64,000 nt of DNA from Azolla caroliniana (taxonomy: Eukaryota > Plantae > Polypodiophyta). Below are positions 1 through 10,986 of this stretch, piece by piece. The notes under the pieces are model-generated. The model ran no database searches. It was given only the letters and a program-made list of their open reading frames with translations, and was not told where the DNA came from. The DNA lies in the NCBI GenBank assembly GCA_043228905.1, contig JBHGNT010000014.1, positions 9,858,001 to 9,922,000 of the forward strand. The letters run 5' to 3'. The translations under genes and the position numbers were made by a program. Each line of letters opens with the position of its first letter. Positions within the stretch are counted from its first letter, which is position 1.

Positions 1-2270
1 ATCAAGAAGAGTGGAATTTTCAAGAGTTGTTATGGCGTTAACTACCATTAATCGTAATCGATTAGGACCCAAAAGGATTTGTTTTTGATGCTTAATTGCA
101 GGTTCCCCTGGACGAAGTTCCATATAAGAGTGCCGAGAAAGAGCATCTGCTTTGCCTTGCTGCATCCCAGGGTGATATATGATGATAAAGTTGAAGTGAG
201 TCAAAAATTGCACCCACCGGGCTTGTCGCCGACTCAAGACTAGAGCATTTTGGAAATAAGTCAGGTTCTTATGATCATTGTAGACAATGATCTGTTGAGA
301 AGAACCTTCTAGGAAATGTCGCCATTGTTGAAACGAATCCACGATTGCAAGAAGCTCTTTGTCATGGATCTCGTAGTTGATCTCTACAGCTTCAAACTTT
401 CGTGAATGAAAGGCGACAGGGTGTAGTTGTCCATCATCTCCAGTCTGCGAGAGGACACTCCCTAGTGCAAAATCGGATGCATCGGCTTCGAGGATGAAGC
501 GTTTTGTTGGGTCGACATGTGGTAAGATAGGTGCCGTTGTAAATGCTCGTTTTAAGCTTTCGAATGCCTCGGCTACATTTGAACTCCATATAAATGGTTG
601 ATCTTTATGTGTGAGCTGAGTAAGCGGAAGCACAACCTTGGAATAATCTTTAATAAATTTTCGATAAGAATTTGCAAACCCGAGAAAACATTGCACATCA
701 CACATTGAAAGGGGCGTTTGCCAGTCTAAAATTGCTTGTACCTTCATGGGGTCCATAGCAATACCATTTGACGATACAACATACCCCAAAAATTCCACTT
801 GATTCTGGCCGAAACTACACTTTTCTAATTTTGCGTAGAGACCATATTCTCGGAGTCGACGAAGTACTTGACGAACATGTTCATCATGCTCCTCTTGGGT
901 CTTTGAGTAGATTAAAATATCATCTAGGTAAACTATAGTGAAGATATCAAGAAAATCTCGAAAAATATCGTTCGCCATATGTTGGAAAACAACAGGTGCA
1001 TTCGTGAGACCAAATGGCATCACTATATACTAAAAATGTCCATAGCGAGTGCGGAAAGCTGTCTTCCATTCATCCCCCGGGTGAATCCGAACTAGATTAT
1101 ATGCTCCGCGAAGGTCCAACTTCGTGAAATATTTTGCACCACCGAGACGTTCCAAAAGATTCGGGATTAATGGTAGAGCATATCTATTTCGGATAGTCAC
1201 TTTGTTTAGCCCTCGATAATCCACGACCAACCGAAGAGTCCCATTCTTCTTCTTAATGAAGAAGATAGGTGCACCAGCAGGGGATCTAGAATGCCGAATG
1301 AATCCGTTTGCCAGATTCTCATCAATATATTCCCGCAAAGTCTCTAGCTCTACAGGGGAGAGATTATAAATTGGGCCCCATGGAGGTTCTTTCCCTGGTT
1401 GTAAGTCAATAGGGCAGTCTTATGGCCGATGCTCCGGCAATGTATTGGCCTTCACCTTATCAAAGACATCTGAAAACTCCTTGTATTTCTCTGGTAGTTT
1501 AATATCCGCTTCACGTGAAGTGGATGATGGAGTTGCTATTATTACGAAGACGAACATGGCCTCGTTCCCCCCTTCCTCCCGCAACTGTCGTAAAGAGATG
1601 GGCGATAACTCTGAGGATCTATTATCACATGTAGAAGAGAGGGATGCGGGATTTGTGCTTTTTTCCCGGGTCTCCTCAATTGTTCTTTTCATCCAATCAA
1701 TCTTCGGCTTATGGAGTTCAAACCAGGGGAGACCTAGAACTATTGGGTGTTCCGGACTACAAATAATGTTGAAAGAGATTATGCTTGCCAAATTGCCAAG
1801 AACTATCCTAATTGGCTCGGACTCCTCGACTATATCTCCTGATGCTATGGGACGTCCATCAATATCACATGTATCTCCTGATGCTATGGGACGTCTATTA
1901 TCACATGTAGGAGAGAGGGATGCGGGATTTGTGCTTTTTTCCCGGGTCTCCTTAATTGTTCTTTTCATCCAATCAATCTTCGGGTTATGGAGTTCAAACC
2001 AGGGGAGACCTAGAACTATTGGGTGTTCCGGACTACGAATAATGTTGAAAGAGATTATGCTTGCCAAATTGCCAAGAACTATCCTAATTGGCTCGAACTC
2101 CTCGACTATATCTCCTGATGCTATGGGACTCCTACGGCTACTGGGCTGGGAAGCATATTCAAGAGGATGTTTTGTGACAAGGCAAATTCACGATCCATGA
2201 AACAAGAGTTGGCTCCAGAATCTAGAAGGGCAGAGGCTAGGACTCGATGACATGTAGATCTGGTAATCTC
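1..2270 (-). pseudogene. pol: Disrupted pol (protease, RT, RNase H) of the Tcn1-like element
   Basis: ORF pieces 1420-2067 (protease C-terminus IVLGLPWF, duplicated) and 1030-1338 (RT), with in-frame stops. Confidence 0.85.
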
Positions 2271-2560
2271 GACTTGTGCTGAAAAAACTCGACTCACTTG
2301 ATTTGATGAAATGGAACCACGACTAGGAAATAACTCTACATAGCTAGGATGGTTCAGCCAAATGGCTCCTATTTTGGCCGGACTTACTCGTTTAACACAT
2401 CCTCTAATTGACTCAAGACATCGAATCTATTCTCATGACATGGACTATGAGGCTTATTTATGTTATTAGAAGTAACAATAGAACTCGATGTAGGGTTTTC
2501 ATGGGCACTTACTTGGTATACTTGACGCCTAGGTTTACGTGGACAATTTACATCTATATG

Positions 2561-3508
2561 TCATGGACCGCCACAATACAGGCAGAGGCGATGCGCTCGA
2601 CGTCGTTGCTTCTCAGCATCTGATAACGACCCACGACGTTGTGTTGACTCTATTTCCATCGGAGTTGGGCCATCCCTTGTAATGGGTCTAGAAACTTGTG
2701 GAGGCGTTGCGACTACGGAAGCGTAAGTCTGCTCAGGTTGGCGGCGTAACATTTGTTGGCGCTCAGAACGTCACTCAAATAGGCGATTATCACATCGCAC
2801 AACTCGACTAATGGCTTCTGTAAGTGACTTCGGATCTTCAGGGAAAGTAAGAAGAAGATCTTTGACATCATTTTTCAAACCTTGACAAAATTGATCCATT
2901 AAAGTTGCCTCATCCCAAGGGATATCGCATGCCAAGAGACGGAAATCGGCTGCGTAAGATGACGTGGGACGATCTCCTTGTCGGAGCTTTCGAATCTTGT
3001 TTATCACTGTCCTAGTGCTGTCGGTGTCTCCGAAAATAGCTTGAAACTCTTTAACAAATGCCTCGAAATCCTCCAGCAATGGTGATTTCTTCTCGAGAAG
3101 TGGTGCGAACCATGCTAACGCCGTATCGCATAGCAAAGTTCCCACTAATCCCACACGAGCAGCATCAGTTGGATACCGATTGGGATGTAGCTGAATAACT
3201 AGATGAACTTGATTCAAAAAGCCTCGAAATAAAGACCTCGTACCATCAAACTTGGCAGGGAGGCTGATCTTTGGCTCTCTAGGGGAGTTCTGAGCTCTCG
3301 ACGCTTGCTCTCGTAATGACAATATAGTCGCCTCCAGTTGATGAACCCGCTGTGATAACTCTTCATATTGTTGAGCTTTTTCGGCGCTCACGTGTTGTAG
3401 ATCTCCAAGTAGCCTTTGATTCTCATGCTCTAATGCCACAAATTTATTCGTGAGCATGTCGAGCTCAGAAAGAACACGCATGTATTCTTGTTTGCTCACG
3501 GACTCCAT
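2561..3508 (-). pseudogene. gag: gag (retrotransposon capsid plus zinc knuckle), one internal stop
   Basis: ORF 2771-3508 (coiled coil, FDG, LRQG motifs) continues after a stop into 2561-2752 (PTPME, CLYCG). Confidence 0.85.
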
Positions 3509-3596
3509 AGCTTACGAGGGGAGAGGAGAAGGAAGAAGAGAACTTGTTAGGGTTTGTGGAAGACGAAGAGATGAAAGGAAAAAAATTGGTTCAAAC

Positions 3597-4067
3597 TGTC
3601 AAGACTGAGAGAGAGAAAGAGAGAGAAAAAGAGATAGAGAGATAATTGAAAGAGAATTATTATATTGAAGCGTAAAATGGATTACAAAGAGTAGGCTACA
3701 AAATGGCGTTGAACCAATTTAGGTTTGGGATGGGTGGTAGATCCCTATTTATAAGTAATAGAGAACACTCTAGAATATTCTAGGTTATCCTAGAATGTAG
3801 AGTAATCTAGAAGATCTCTAGAGTATTCTAGAAGGTTCTAGTGGTATAGAACACTCTAGAATATTCTAGGTCATTCTAGAATGTAGAGTAATATAGAATA
3901 TTGCTATGATATTAGATTTCATATTCTAAAGACTATACATATAAGAATATTAATACAATGGTTAAGGATTTGACATGTGTACAACAAGGTCGTGGGTTCA
4001 AATCCTTTTGAGTCATAATGTGAGTGTCATGATCCTTTCGATGCATGATGTGACTGTTATCATGACA
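3597..4067 (-). repeat. 5' LTR of the Tcn1-like element
   Basis: TGTCA...TGACA termini; TATAAATA on the minus strand at 3746-3753; located just upstream of gag. Confidence 0.8.
3762..3900. promoter_or_regulatory. Heat-shock-element-like array (nGAAn/nTTCn) in U3 next to the TATA box
   Basis: TTCtaGAAggTTC at 3826-3838, plus repeated GAAtaTTC and TTCtaGAA units in a partial tandem duplication. Confidence 0.6.
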
Positions 4068-4591
4068 CCGGGTCTCATCCGTGAAGGCATGTCCAATATC
4101 CACGGACTTCCGAAGTGTCGGATCTCCCGAGACTTCTTTCCTCTTTTGCTCGCTATCGACGGGTAATGGTCCTGCGGCTGGTTTCACTTTCTTCTCCACG
4201 GTCTTGTATTTGGTACTTACCATTGCTTCTTCTTTGCGGAGTGCATCCGGCCCCATTTTCGCAATGATCTCGTACATCTCGACCAATTCCATTGGGACTA
4301 CCCGGTCTCCTTGGCTTTTATCCTCCACAAGCTCTTCAAGCCGTTGTAGCGTGCTCCCATAGAACACTTCTTCGAGTACCCCCACGATTTCTTTGTCTTC
4401 TTTTATTATTGATGCTGACCGCAACTTATCCTCTACTTTTCGGTATTCTTTCTTCTTTCCTCCGGTTACGGCCGTGTACGTAGATGCCCCATCCGGACCG
4501 ATTCGTACTTGTTTTGCTCCGAGAGTTTTCTTCCTGTGTGGGGTATCAGGGCTTCTCGGACTATCACTTCCCCACTCTGCAACAGTCCGCT

Positions 4592-6651
4592 CTAAAAATC
4601 CATCCTTGTTTGGGACAAGAGCTCTCTCTTGTTCATTTCATGATTTTCCGGCACAGTTAGGAATTGGACGGACTTCCCTTCGCTCTGGCTCCGAATTTGT
4701 GCGAAAGACGCACCGCTATTGAGCACCTTTGTCTCCATCTGTGAAGCTGTGATAAAGGGTTGTCCAAGGATCATGGAATGTGAGACCTCGTCTTGTACGA
4801 AGAAATTTTGGTCAATCTCGACATCCCCGATCTTCACCGTCACATCCAAACAAGCCGCAAATAGATCTTCCGTTGCTTTAGTGGCTGCCCGGATCTTCCA
4901 TCCATGGTTAGTGTTTATAGGCCACTTGCCCTTCTGGTAGAACTCCTTGGACATCAAATTGATCTCCGATCCGTGATCAATCAATGCTAGCATGGGCTTT
5001 TTGATGTTGCCGATTCGGACCAGAGTCTCCGTAGTTGCACGTGTCCAGTGTGGCCTTGTGTAGTGGGAGTTTGGAATTTTTTCCTCCACTTCGGTGTCAT
5101 TCATTAAAACGGTGTTTGCATTCACCCTTGGAACATTTTCCTCTGTACTTTGTCTTTTTCTCTTCACAAGATCCACAAGAAGATCGTGGAACTCCTTCTT
5201 CGCTATTCCGAGTAATTCCCGAAGCGAAAATTCTACCCAGCTATCGAGGTCTCCTCGAACACCTTTTTCAAGTCCGCTTGTTGTTCGATGTCTGAGGCGA
5301 GCTTGAATGCCAGAATCGTCTTTTCTTTTCCCTTCCCTCCGGAGTTCCAGCTTTTTGGTGTCTTCGATGGTCCGGCTGCATCATCCGTGCGCCGTCGTTT
5401 CTCGTCTACATACACTTCAAGAAATTCACATAAGGCGTACATGCTATTCTTATCGACGGGGCACTCCCATTCCATAGCTTCACATATACATTCCACGACG
5501 CTTCGGATTTCATCATGGTCGGCTTTCTTCGAAATTTCTAGCACTTCTGTCCAAAAAGACGCCTTTGTTGCAGATGACTCCCCCACACGTATTCCCGCGG
5601 TTGTCGCATAATTGTTTTTCGCTGCGATCTCCTCCTCTAGGACCTTCTTCATGCCACCTTTTCGGAAGTTCGGTCAGAGTGGCATCCGAGAGTCCATCGA
5701 ATGAATCCGATTTCCCTCGTAGTAGATAAGATCTCGTCGTAATACCTCCTTGTGCTCGTCACAATCCCTCCGATCATGTTCAGTGCTATCACACCATATA
5801 CACTGACAATCCATATACTTGGAGCTTGTGGGACGGTTATCCGCCTTCTTCACCATCGCGATTTTTAGATTCTCCATCTCCTTCAGCAACTACTCCACTG
5901 TGGTTGCGTCGATTCCCTTCTCGGTCGTAGTCTCTCGAGCCCACTGTTGATGGTCTTCCAATCCGGATTTCGGTTTCGGAATCGGTTCCGAAACCCTCTT
6001 TTCTTCGTTAGCAAGCCATTGCCCCCTCTTTATGTATTGTGCGACGATATCTCGCATGTTATCCCATGTATCGGTGAGGCCACTCTCGGTGGTCGTGTTC
6101 TCCAGAAGCACTCCAAGGTCTTTCCGGTTCCGGATGTCCACGACTCGTAGGAACATGATCACTTTGTTTGGTGCGAGGATAGCTTGATCTCTCGCGGACA
6201 ACCTCCCGAATTGACTTTCAAATGCCGAAAACACATCGAGGAGCTTCATCCCTTTGTCCAGCGTTTCCACCCAATCTTCGAATCCTCTCCTCGTTGCCTT
6301 GGAGGAATCCTCGATGGCGAACGTGGTCTTTAGGGCCTCTTCAAATGCTTCCCATGTTGGATTCTGTTGTCGTATCCTGTGGATACTCCCTTGAAGACCG
6401 TCGGTCGCCACCCGGTTGAAGGATGTCACTTGTAATCCTTCCGAAATTCCGCATCGTAGCATTTCCACTTTGTAATCTTGCAAATACCGCGACACATCTT
6501 TCCCATTGAATAGCTCGTTCTGTTGCACGAGCTGCTCTACTGCCGCCACAATCTCCGACATCGCGCGTTGTTCTTGTAGCATCCGCTCAAACATCGTCAT
6601 CATGTTGTTAGCCCCCGCTTGATTTTCCATCTCCTTGCCACCCGGTTTCAC
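4592..6651 (-). pseudogene. gag: gag-protease of the Trp-primed gypsy, several stops
   Basis: Collinear ORF pieces 5890-6651, 5674-5889, 5233-5652 and 4592-5176. Confidence 0.8.
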
Positions 6652-6664
6652 GTCGGGTTCACCA
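6647..6664 (-). promoter_or_regulatory. PBS complementary to the tRNA-Trp 3' end
   Basis: TGGTGAACCCGACGTGAA, 4 nt from the LTR end; matches the plant tRNA-Trp 3' end as I recall it (TTCACGTCGGGTTCACCA). Confidence 0.8.
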
Positions 6665-6668
6665 CTTG

Positions 6669-7339
6669 TGTCGTGCCTTTCGACGCCAGATCATTTGCGT
6701 GAGTTGGGTGGGAACCATTGGGGTTTTGGACTAGGAGAAAGAAGAATATGAGATAATGTTAGCTAGGAAGAGATTGCAAGAAGAAGATATGAAACTCGTG
6801 AATTCCATGAGTATAGTGTATTAATTGATACTTAAATTGTAAGAGAGAAATAGATGGCAAAATCGTGAATCCCACGATTATTTTCTATTATTCAAACCTT
6901 ATAAAAATCAACAACCCCTATACATCTTTCTATCTTCCTTATATAATGTTGGAAGAGTCTAAGTTTATCACATGCAAACATCATGCTTTTCCTAACTTTA
7001 GTTCTCATGCACACTGCAGGTGCATGATTAGCTTCCTATCCCATCTTTTCTTTTAACTCGAGTGTGTATGCATGAATAACTTTTTGTACTATGTATATCT
7101 AGAATATTTACATGGGATAAAGTTTAGTATAACTTTAAAATTCATAATATGCTAGTATAGTGGTAAGGCTTAAAAATTGTTAACATGAAGGTATAGGGTT
7201 CGAATCTTGCCCTATGCATGTAACAATCTTTTCTTCTATTTACAAATTTGTCTCTTTATCCAGTGGGTTCCTCCATGTCGGTTCCATCCGGAGGGACAAA
7301 AATGCAATTTTCACGCAGTGTGCGAATTACACTACGACA
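6669..7339 (-). repeat. 5' LTR of the Trp-primed gypsy
   Basis: Starts TGTCGTAGTGTAATTCGCACAC on the minus strand, the same start as the LTR at 20952, and ends CACGACA before the PBS. Confidence 0.75.
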
Positions 7340-7343
7340 ACGT

Positions 7344-7680
7344 TGTCATAATGCATTTTGTACACTATGTGAAAAACGTATAAAGTACCCGATTTAATAA
7401 ATATGAAGAAAACGACAAAAATGTCAAAATAAATATTACATGCATAGGGCAAGATTTAAACCTTGTACCTCCATGTTAATAATTTAAAAGCTTACCATTA
7501 CACTAACACATCATGAGTGTTAGAAAAGTAGATATCCCACATAGAAAGGTTTTTTTCACGTATATTTTCTAGGGAAAAGCTTTAGTTAGAAGAAAAACGC
7601 ATGATAAAACGCTTTAGTTTATTGTTAACATTTTTTTCGTGTATAAACTATTTATAACACGAACATACATGGTTGAGCCT
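7344..7680 (+). repeat. Degenerate LTR fragment of the same family, head-to-head with the previous LTR (right end approximate)
   Basis: TGTCATAATGCATTTTGTACACTATGTGAAAAA resembles TGTCGTAGTGTAATTCGCACACTACGTGAAAAA; 7441-7507 is an inverted copy of 7151-7218. Confidence 0.6.
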
Positions 7681-7930
7681 TGGGGAGCCGTCATGAAAAA
7701 ATCAATATAGAGTTCAAGGAAAGACATTAATTTGTCACCGCCATGGTTTTTAAAACACCTTTGTGTTACCATAGTACTTGATCTTCAACCTCATCTCATA
7801 CATCTAGAGGGGTATAGACGTGAGATCATGATATCGATTAATGTTTGCCCATGATATGTTTACATCAAGACATGATGTTATGACTATTTGTTTGAGCTTA
7901 TCCTATTTCTTTTCCAGAAATAATCATTCA

Positions 7931-10900
7931 ATGGCTCAAAATAACGACCCAATGTTATCCGCTCAAGCGGAAGGAACTCAAGGAAATCCTCTCGGACAAA
8001 TGTCCATTGAGATGTATTTTTCACAAATAAGCCAATACCTTAGTTTCACTACTCAACAGATGACCGAACTTCGGCAATCTCAAAGTGCTCTCGAGGCACG
8101 TTGTCGCGTTACTACGCGCGTGCGTGGTGAAACGAGGCGGGACCACCGGGGTCTTGAACCGAGGAGCAGGTGATAGAAGGGGGAAAGAGAAAGAGAGAGA
8201 CGCCTGGTCACATATGAGCAAAGAAACACAGGGGTGCGGCCCGTCAACACAGAAGACGCGAATGGACACAGAGACAGGGAGATGCAAGTGTCTGTATATT
8301 AACGAATAACAAGTACACAACAGAGCACGCGAGCGGTTACAACCGAACAGGCCGGCGAACAGATGCCGATGCCTGTTCGTCTACGCACGAAAAGGGGATA
8401 GGATGGAGGTGCTGCCGGAAGCACACGGGCGTTCCTCGAAGCAGCGCGAGCCTCCCGAAACCTACAGAGAAGAGCAACAGGGAACAGACAGAGGAGAAGC
8501 GTTCGGTTCCGGTCCGATAGCACTTCGTCCTCCTCAATGCGCGATCCCTTCTCCCTGCGTCCCCCTCTCCTTTATAGCGTCAAGAAGGGAGCCGTCTCCC
8601 TCATTTACTTCCTACCTACCGAATCTAACTACCCGGATATGCCTTCGTACTTAATTCCCTATTATATACATTAAGGGCGCACACACGTGAAGAGCCGGTT
8701 CACGCGAGCTATGCACCGATTGCGCCAAGGGATGGTTTTCTTCATGACAACGTGTCATTAGTTTACAATGTGAGACTAATAGACCTAATGAGCGACAGGG
8801 TGAACCATCGTTTGTCGTTAAGCCATTTACGGGAGAAAAAAAGGATAGAACCGAAGAAGCAATCTGCACGTGGCTGGGCCGATGGGAGTCTCATTTTGAG
8901 CTCTATCCCACGCCAGATAGTACGAAGATTGCATATGTCGGCCAAGAATTAGGGGGTAAGGCCGCCGCCTGGTGGTGTGGGCTCCGAACATTGGTGAAAT
9001 TGCCCGATACCTGGACAAATTTTGTCATAGTTTTTAAGGGCCACTTTCTACAACCTCCCTTTCGAACCGAGGCAGTACAAGTGTTAATGAACCTCTCTAG
9101 CCGGAAAATTTCCTCGCTAGAAGACTATGTCCACCATGCTAGAACCCAAATCCAAAAGTCGGGTCTAGAAGGGGACAATTGGTTAATAGCCTATTTTGTC
9201 AATGGCATCCCTAATTCAGACTATCACTGGATAATGCACGATAAGGATCCAAAATCCTTCGAAGAGGCCGTTGAAATAGTTCTTTGCTATCAACACACTT
9301 CGAAGAAGGACCACAACAAACCCAACGAAGCGGTCGGGACTAAGCAGTCGCAATTCGCTAGGAAATGCAAGACACCCAACGAATTCATGGATCACGATTG
9401 TAAGCAAAAACATCCTTTTTGTGTATTCTGCAAAAAGAAGGGTCATACAAAAGAGCAATGTTGAAAGCCCCAACGGAAAGAGCACAACAACAAATCTAAA
9501 GTTGCAGACCATAAAGGTCAGATTCCTAATGTCCTTCAGGTCTATACATATCATTTAAGTAATTGTCAATGTTCTTTCCCTCACTATGTATTGGGTCCCA
9601 ATGATTTACTACATGCAAACGGGTATATCAATGGATCTCCCGTACAATTTTTGTTTTATTCGGGAAGCTCACACAATTTTGTGAATGATCGTTTGGTTAA
9701 GATATGGAGAATCCAACCCACCATAAGTGATCACACCTATAGGGTGTACTTGGATGATGGAAGAGTACAATACATCAATATGGCGATTCATTCATTAGGA
9801 ATTTCTATTGATACTTATGTCGAGGAAGTAGACTTCCATGTAATGAATTTTTGTACCATTGATGTAATACTGGGTTATCCCTGGTTCTATAATAAAAACT
9901 CTTCTTTATCTATTGATTGAGTTCATCATTCAATAACTTTTGTATTGAACGATTGTACTCATTTTATTCAATGTGTAAAAAAACAATCCCCCTCGATTGT
10001 TTCCTCTCCATCAATATCCGAGTTGTCTTGTTCTACTCTATTTTATTGTGTACTTGATCCGGACATTCACGTTTACAATATCGATAATGTCTAGATGGGT
10101 TACCTCCTAAACGTAATATAGACCATCATATAGATATTGTACTTGGCGTTGCACCAATAAGTATACCTCCTTATCGCTTAAGTCGATCCGAAGAGGATGA
10201 GGTATCTAAGCAACTCAAGGACTATTTACGAATGGGTTATATACGTTATAATAAATCTCCATGGGGCGCACTAATTCTCTTGGTTAAAAAGAAAAACTGC
10301 ACATGGCATATGTGTATTAATTACCGACGCTTGAATAAAGTGACGATCAAGAATTCATATCCATTGCCTCGGGCTGATGATCTAATTGACCGTCTCTAGG
10401 GAGCTTGGTATTTTACGAAACTTGATCTGTATACTGGCTACCATCAAATTTGTATAAGTGAGGATGATGTTCCTAAAACGACATTTCGTACGCGCTATGG
10501 CCATTATGAGGTTTTGGTTATGCCTTTTGGTTTGACCAATGCTCCGGCTACATTTCAACAAGAAATGAATGACATTTTCCGAGAACAACTTGGAAAATTT
10601 GTCGTTATTTTCTTGGATGATATTTTAGTTTATAGCCATACATTACAAGAACATGCTAAACATGTCCGCTTTGTTTTACAAACATTGCGTGACAAATAGT
10701 TTTATGTGAAGATCTCAAAATGTGAGTTCTTCAAGAAATCAATTACTTATCTTGGACATCTCATAATCGAATGAGGAGTTGAAATTGATCCTTCTCGCAT
10801 CGAGAAAATCAAGCTTTGGCCCACTCTTCAGAATTCAAGAAGTTTGATCATTCCTTGGTTTTGTTGGGTTTTTGCGAAAATCCCTTCGTAATTACTCCCA

Positions 10901-10986
10901 ATTGATGATGCCGTTTACTGATCTTCTAAAAGGTCAAACGTGTAAGTCTACAAAACCTATTGTTTGGAATGCTACACTAGACCTCG
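7931..10986 (+). pseudogene. gag-pol: Degenerate chromovirus-like Ty3/gypsy gag-PR-RT, interrupted at 8102-8990 and truncated at 10986
   Basis: Knuckle CVFCKKKGHTKEQC; protease LFYSGSSHNF ... DVILGYPW; [16 protein letters not shown] ... FLDDILVYS; many stops. Confidence 0.85.
8102..8990 (-). repeat. Solo-LTR-like insertion
   Basis: GC-rich non-coding block from TGTCGCG to CCGAACA that splits gag; TATAAAG on the minus strand near 8572; no TSD seen. Confidence 0.55.

Larger units (their letters stand above)
1..4067 (-). mobile_element. Ty3/gypsy chromovirus-type LTR retrotransposon (Tcn1/Tf1-like), 5' part: LTR, gag, PR, RT, RH; 3' end lies beyond the window
   Basis: Gag with PKISLPAKFDGTR and zinc knuckle CLYCGGP; RT motifs [43 protein letters not shown]; RNase H-like sequence toward position 1; LTR 3597-4067. 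It interrupts the next element at 4067/4068. Confidence 0.9.
4068..7339 (-). mobile_element. Ty3/gypsy element with tRNA-Trp PBS, 5' part (LTR, gag, protease)
   Basis: LTR 6669-7339 (TGTCGT...ACGACA); PBS 6647-6664; gag FNGKDVSRYL; knuckle CIWCDSTEHDRRDC; protease LIDHGSEINLMS ... ILGQPF. Confidence 0.85.

Noticed and set aside
7151-7218. Possible tRNA gene
   Set aside because: A and B boxes are present but acceptor and anticodon stems do not form; treated as an LTR-borne tRNA-like cassette.
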